This document shows positions 60,791 to 64,000 of a stretch of 64,000 nt of DNA, in pieces. The notes under the pieces are model-generated. The model was not told the DNA's origin and ran no database searches. It saw only the letters and a list, made by a program, of their open reading frames with translations. How positions within the stretch are numbered: the first letter of the stretch is position 1; every line of letters begins with the position of its first letter. The position numbers were made by a program, and so were the translations under genes. Source of the stretch: Malacoraja senta (taxonomy: Eukaryota); contig CM075988.1 of NCBI GenBank assembly GCA_038087875.1, positions 11,348,001 through 11,412,000 on the forward strand. Reading direction: 5' to 3'.

Positions 60791-61921
60791 GTTCTCTCCT
60801 GCACTGAAGACCCTAGTAAATTGGCAGACCAATGATAATGTTTACACTAATATTATAGATGCTAAAAGAAAACTATTGCTACTACTATCAGAGTATGCAA
60901 ATTAATCTCTGAATTTAAAAAAAAAGTCTACCAGGATGAGACAGGCAGGGATACAGACAACAAACTAAGAAAACATTTCATCTGATAACATAGCTGGATT
61001 CCTATATTTCTTCACTTACTGCTTAACATTAGACCAATCTTTAATACATTCTGTTCAGGTCCAACATTTAGAAATCTTGGCATCCAACAGCGGTTGAATT
61101 GAATGAAAAATAGCTCAAACCCCAAAAGATGCCAATCTCCTCGACTGCCTTTTGCAGGCTCCCAACAAGGAGTCTTCTTGGACCTCTGTCAATGTAGATT
61201 AATAGGATTTATTTTAATTTCATTCATTAAGCACCTCCCTGACAGAATGCAGTGGGACCCACCAATCTGCAGATTATGCAGCCAGATGCTTTATTGGAAA
61301 ACATTTGGTACATGTCCAAGTCAGCCAGCATATCTTCGTGAAAAGTGTTTGAGAATTGATTAGCACAATGTGTTTTTTCACAATAGGAGGGAATGATGCT
61401 CTTTACGAGCGCTATGTACAAACTAGGTACACAGATTTGTTTGTTCTTTAATAGGTATTAATTTTATATTGCAACAACATGGAGGCTGATCTCTGCGTTT
61501 GCTGGATGACTTTTGCTTTTTCTTCTTGTAGACTACTTTATCTTATAAACAGTCATAGTTATGTTTAAATGAACTGTTTGAGACTGAAAATATATTGCAC
61601 CATGATGCATATGATATAACTAATTCATTGTCTATTTCAACCCTTATTATATGATGCATTCTTTTTTTCTATTATTTATAACTAAATTGGACATTTTGTG
61701 AAGATTGAGAAACAGATTCACTGAGTGATTACAATGTGGAAAGATGACACTTGGTCATTGAGTCCAAATCAGTAACCTGACTAGTCCCACTCTCTCCCAT
61801 AGTTTTGGAATTCCTTTTTCCATCTCCTTTTTCAGTGCCCAACTTGATTCTGCATCCATCTTCCAAGTCCAAACCAATTTCTTATAAAACAAAATGATCC
61901 CTAGTTCTGGACCGCACCACA

Positions 61922-62473
61922 TGTATTGTAAGGTTCAAACAGACCATGTCAGCTAAAATGCAGTTGTCAGCTAAATTAGCAGCAGAGCATTCCAAACCCT
62001 TCGAAAACAAGTAGATGTTTACGAAGATGTTCCCAAACAAGTAGAAGATGTAAGTAGATGTTCCCAAGGAATGTCTGGGAATGTCTGGGTTTGCTGAGCA
62101 AAACACGGCAATAGTTGGGCAGACCACCTACACCCCCTACCGCAAGTAGTGCAGAAACTGTGTGGCACGGCCTGGTTGGAGGGGATAATGATTTGCTCCT
62201 GGGAAGGGGGTATGGCATGATCAGAATGGGCAAGAAACACCATAAAAGAAGCGCCCTTCCAGAAAAAAAGAGAACCCCAGCCTTGGACTGTGTCGCGAAC
62301 GGTGACAGGTGATCAACAACAGGATACGATCTGGCAGCTTGCTCTGCTGTGTACTCGGGGTTTGTGAGTGCTTGCGCAGACACATAAGTCTATGTATCCT
62401 ATTTGGCAGTGTAATAAAATACCTTGGTATTCAAACTCTGTTGTCTGAATCCGGTGATTTATCAAACACAACA
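61922..62473 (+). mobile_element. Solo LTR (552 bp) of an LTR retrotransposon or ERV
   Basis: TGT...ACA termini; 5-bp TSD CCACA at 61917-61921 and 62474-62478; TATA-like CATAAAA at 62241; AATAAA at 62413; short U3-like repeats. Confidence 0.8.
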
Positions 62474-62689
62474 CCACAAAATGAACAACTTTCATGTGTC
62501 CCTATACTCCACAATTTTAAATTTTGGATCCCTCCAGCTTGCACTGTGCTAAACAGCAATATCCCATATTCCTCAGTCTATCAACCTAATTAAAGTCCTT
62601 CATCACCAAAAGCAGTTGTGCTAAAAGCCTTCACATCTTTCCGATAGTGTGGCATCCACAACAAGACACAATACACTGTTGGTGTTGGA

Positions 62690-63060
62690 GACACAACAGA
62701 CTGCACATGCACGTAGCTTGAGCAAAAAGCAACCCGCTAGAGGAACTCAGCAGGTCAGGCAGCAGCTGTGGAGGGAAATGAAGAGATAATGTTTCGGGTT
62801 GGGAGTCTTTGGGTTCAGGTTCATGCATGATCCTGAAAGTTGTCTGTCTATTTAACTCCACTGGTGCTTCCTGATCCATTGAGTTCTTACAGCAGACAAA
62901 ATGTGTAGGAAGGAACTACAGATGGTGGTTTATACTAAAGATAGACACAAACTGCTAAGCAACTCAGCAGGACCGGCAGCATTTTTGGAGAGGAGGAATG
63001 GGTGATACTTTGGGCCGAGACTTTCTGAAGTCTTTCTTCTGAAGAAGGGTCTCGACCCAT
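62690..63060. mobile_element. Two adjacent Penelope pLTR palindrome remnants
   Basis: gaggaactcagcaggtcaggcagc..gagttcttacagc; tgtgtaggaaggaactacagatg...ctgaagaagggtctcgaccc. Confidence 0.75.
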
Positions 63061-63199
63061 TCTGACTCCTTTTTTTTTCCTTTCCCCACCACAGAAGTTA
63101 AATGACTAATCTATCGTGATTGTGCTAGTGATTGTTGTGACATGGTTTTTGAACAAGGTCATAACACTTGGTATTATTTTGATATTCATTGCCATAGAC

Positions 63200-63385
63200 A
63201 GCAGTGGAGGCCAAGTCATTGGGTATATTTTAAATGGAGATTAATAGGTTGGTGTTTAGTTTGGGCACTAAAGGTTACGGGGAAAAGGCAGAAGAATGGG
63301 GATGAGAGGCAGAAATAGATCAGCTATTTAATAGATAGAGCAGTCTCGATGGGCCGAATAGCCTAATTCTGCTCCTATGTTTGAT
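63200..63385 (+). mobile_element. CR1 3' end fragment
   Basis: gcagtggaggccaagtcattggg...gatgggccgaatagcctaattctgctcct. Confidence 0.8.
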
Positions 63386-63436
63386 GCTCTAATGGCACTG
63401 CCCCTGAATCTATCGATATCTGGAACATTGTGATGG

Positions 63437-63735
63437 CCTGGTGGCGTAGCGGTAGAGCACCAGAGACCTGGGATCGATCCAGACTACGGAGAGGTGCTGT
63501 CAGTATGGAGTTTGTACGTTCGCCCCGTGACCGCGTGGATTTTCTCCGAGATCTTCTGTTTCCTTCCAGACTCCAAAGACGAACAGGTTTGTAGGTTGAT
63601 TGGCTTGGTATAAATGTACAATTGTCCCTAGTGTGTGTAGGGTAGTGTTAATGTGCGGGGATCACTAGTCATTGCAGACTCAGTGGGCCGAAGGGCCTGT
63701 TTCCGCGCTGCATCTCTAAACTAAACTAAACTAAA
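63437..63735 (+). mobile_element. HE1-type V-SINE
   Basis: ggtggcgtagcggtagag head, ggatcgatcc B-box-like motif, V-domain, (actaa)n tail. Confidence 0.92.
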
Positions 63736-64000
63736 CAAAACATTACAATTAGAGCTTCTGTAATTTCCTTCCTTACTTCCTTCAGCAATTTGGGACATAT
63801 TCATCTGGACCAGGTGATATTATTTACTTTTAGTGTAGGTAGTCTTTCTAGTACCTTATCTATATCTATTTTTAGCCCTGATGTAATGTCCTCATTTAGT
63901 ACTTTAGCCATGCTTGCTGACTTCATGGGTACATTTCCTTTTTGGTCTCTGATTCATCCAACCTTTCCTCGTTCAACCCTTTGCTGTTTTCACATACTAT

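Noticed and set aside
61505..61560. Strong-looking acceptor ttttcttcttgtag as the start of a host exon
   Set aside because: I could not find a matching donor or a meaningful reading frame downstream.
63437..63490. tRNA gene (A/B-box-like motifs, also at other SINE heads)
   Set aside because: It continues into the V-SINE domain and CR1-like tail, and there is no complete cloverleaf.

Overview
This is a eukaryotic, gene-poor window, most likely from a cartilaginous fish (skate or ray), judged from HE1-type V-SINEs with (ACTAA)n tails and their partner CR1/HER1 LINEs. I recognise no host protein-coding exon in 64 kb, and every convincing ORF is transposon-derived: CR1, L1, Rex1/Babar, Vingi-like and Penelope GIY-YIG. 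Main points: (1) a candidate recursive-splicing site at 16345/16346 (branch point, pyrimidine tract, CAG|GTAAGT) followed by an 81-nt exon with stops in all three frames, which would place the window inside a giant + strand intron; (2) many tiny, often palindromic Penelope-derived insertions with their own TSDs, several carrying minimal hammerhead ribozyme motifs; (3) two related PIF/Harbinger-type MITEs that each contain such a ribozyme cassette; (4) a Vingi-like insertion with an inverted HDV-like ribozyme fragment; (5) a CR1 copy with a structured 3'UTR insert; (6) a solo LTR, a hAT MITE and two unusual local duplications. All family assignments come from motif recognition by eye, and no database search was run. 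Boundaries of old, degenerate repeats are approximate.
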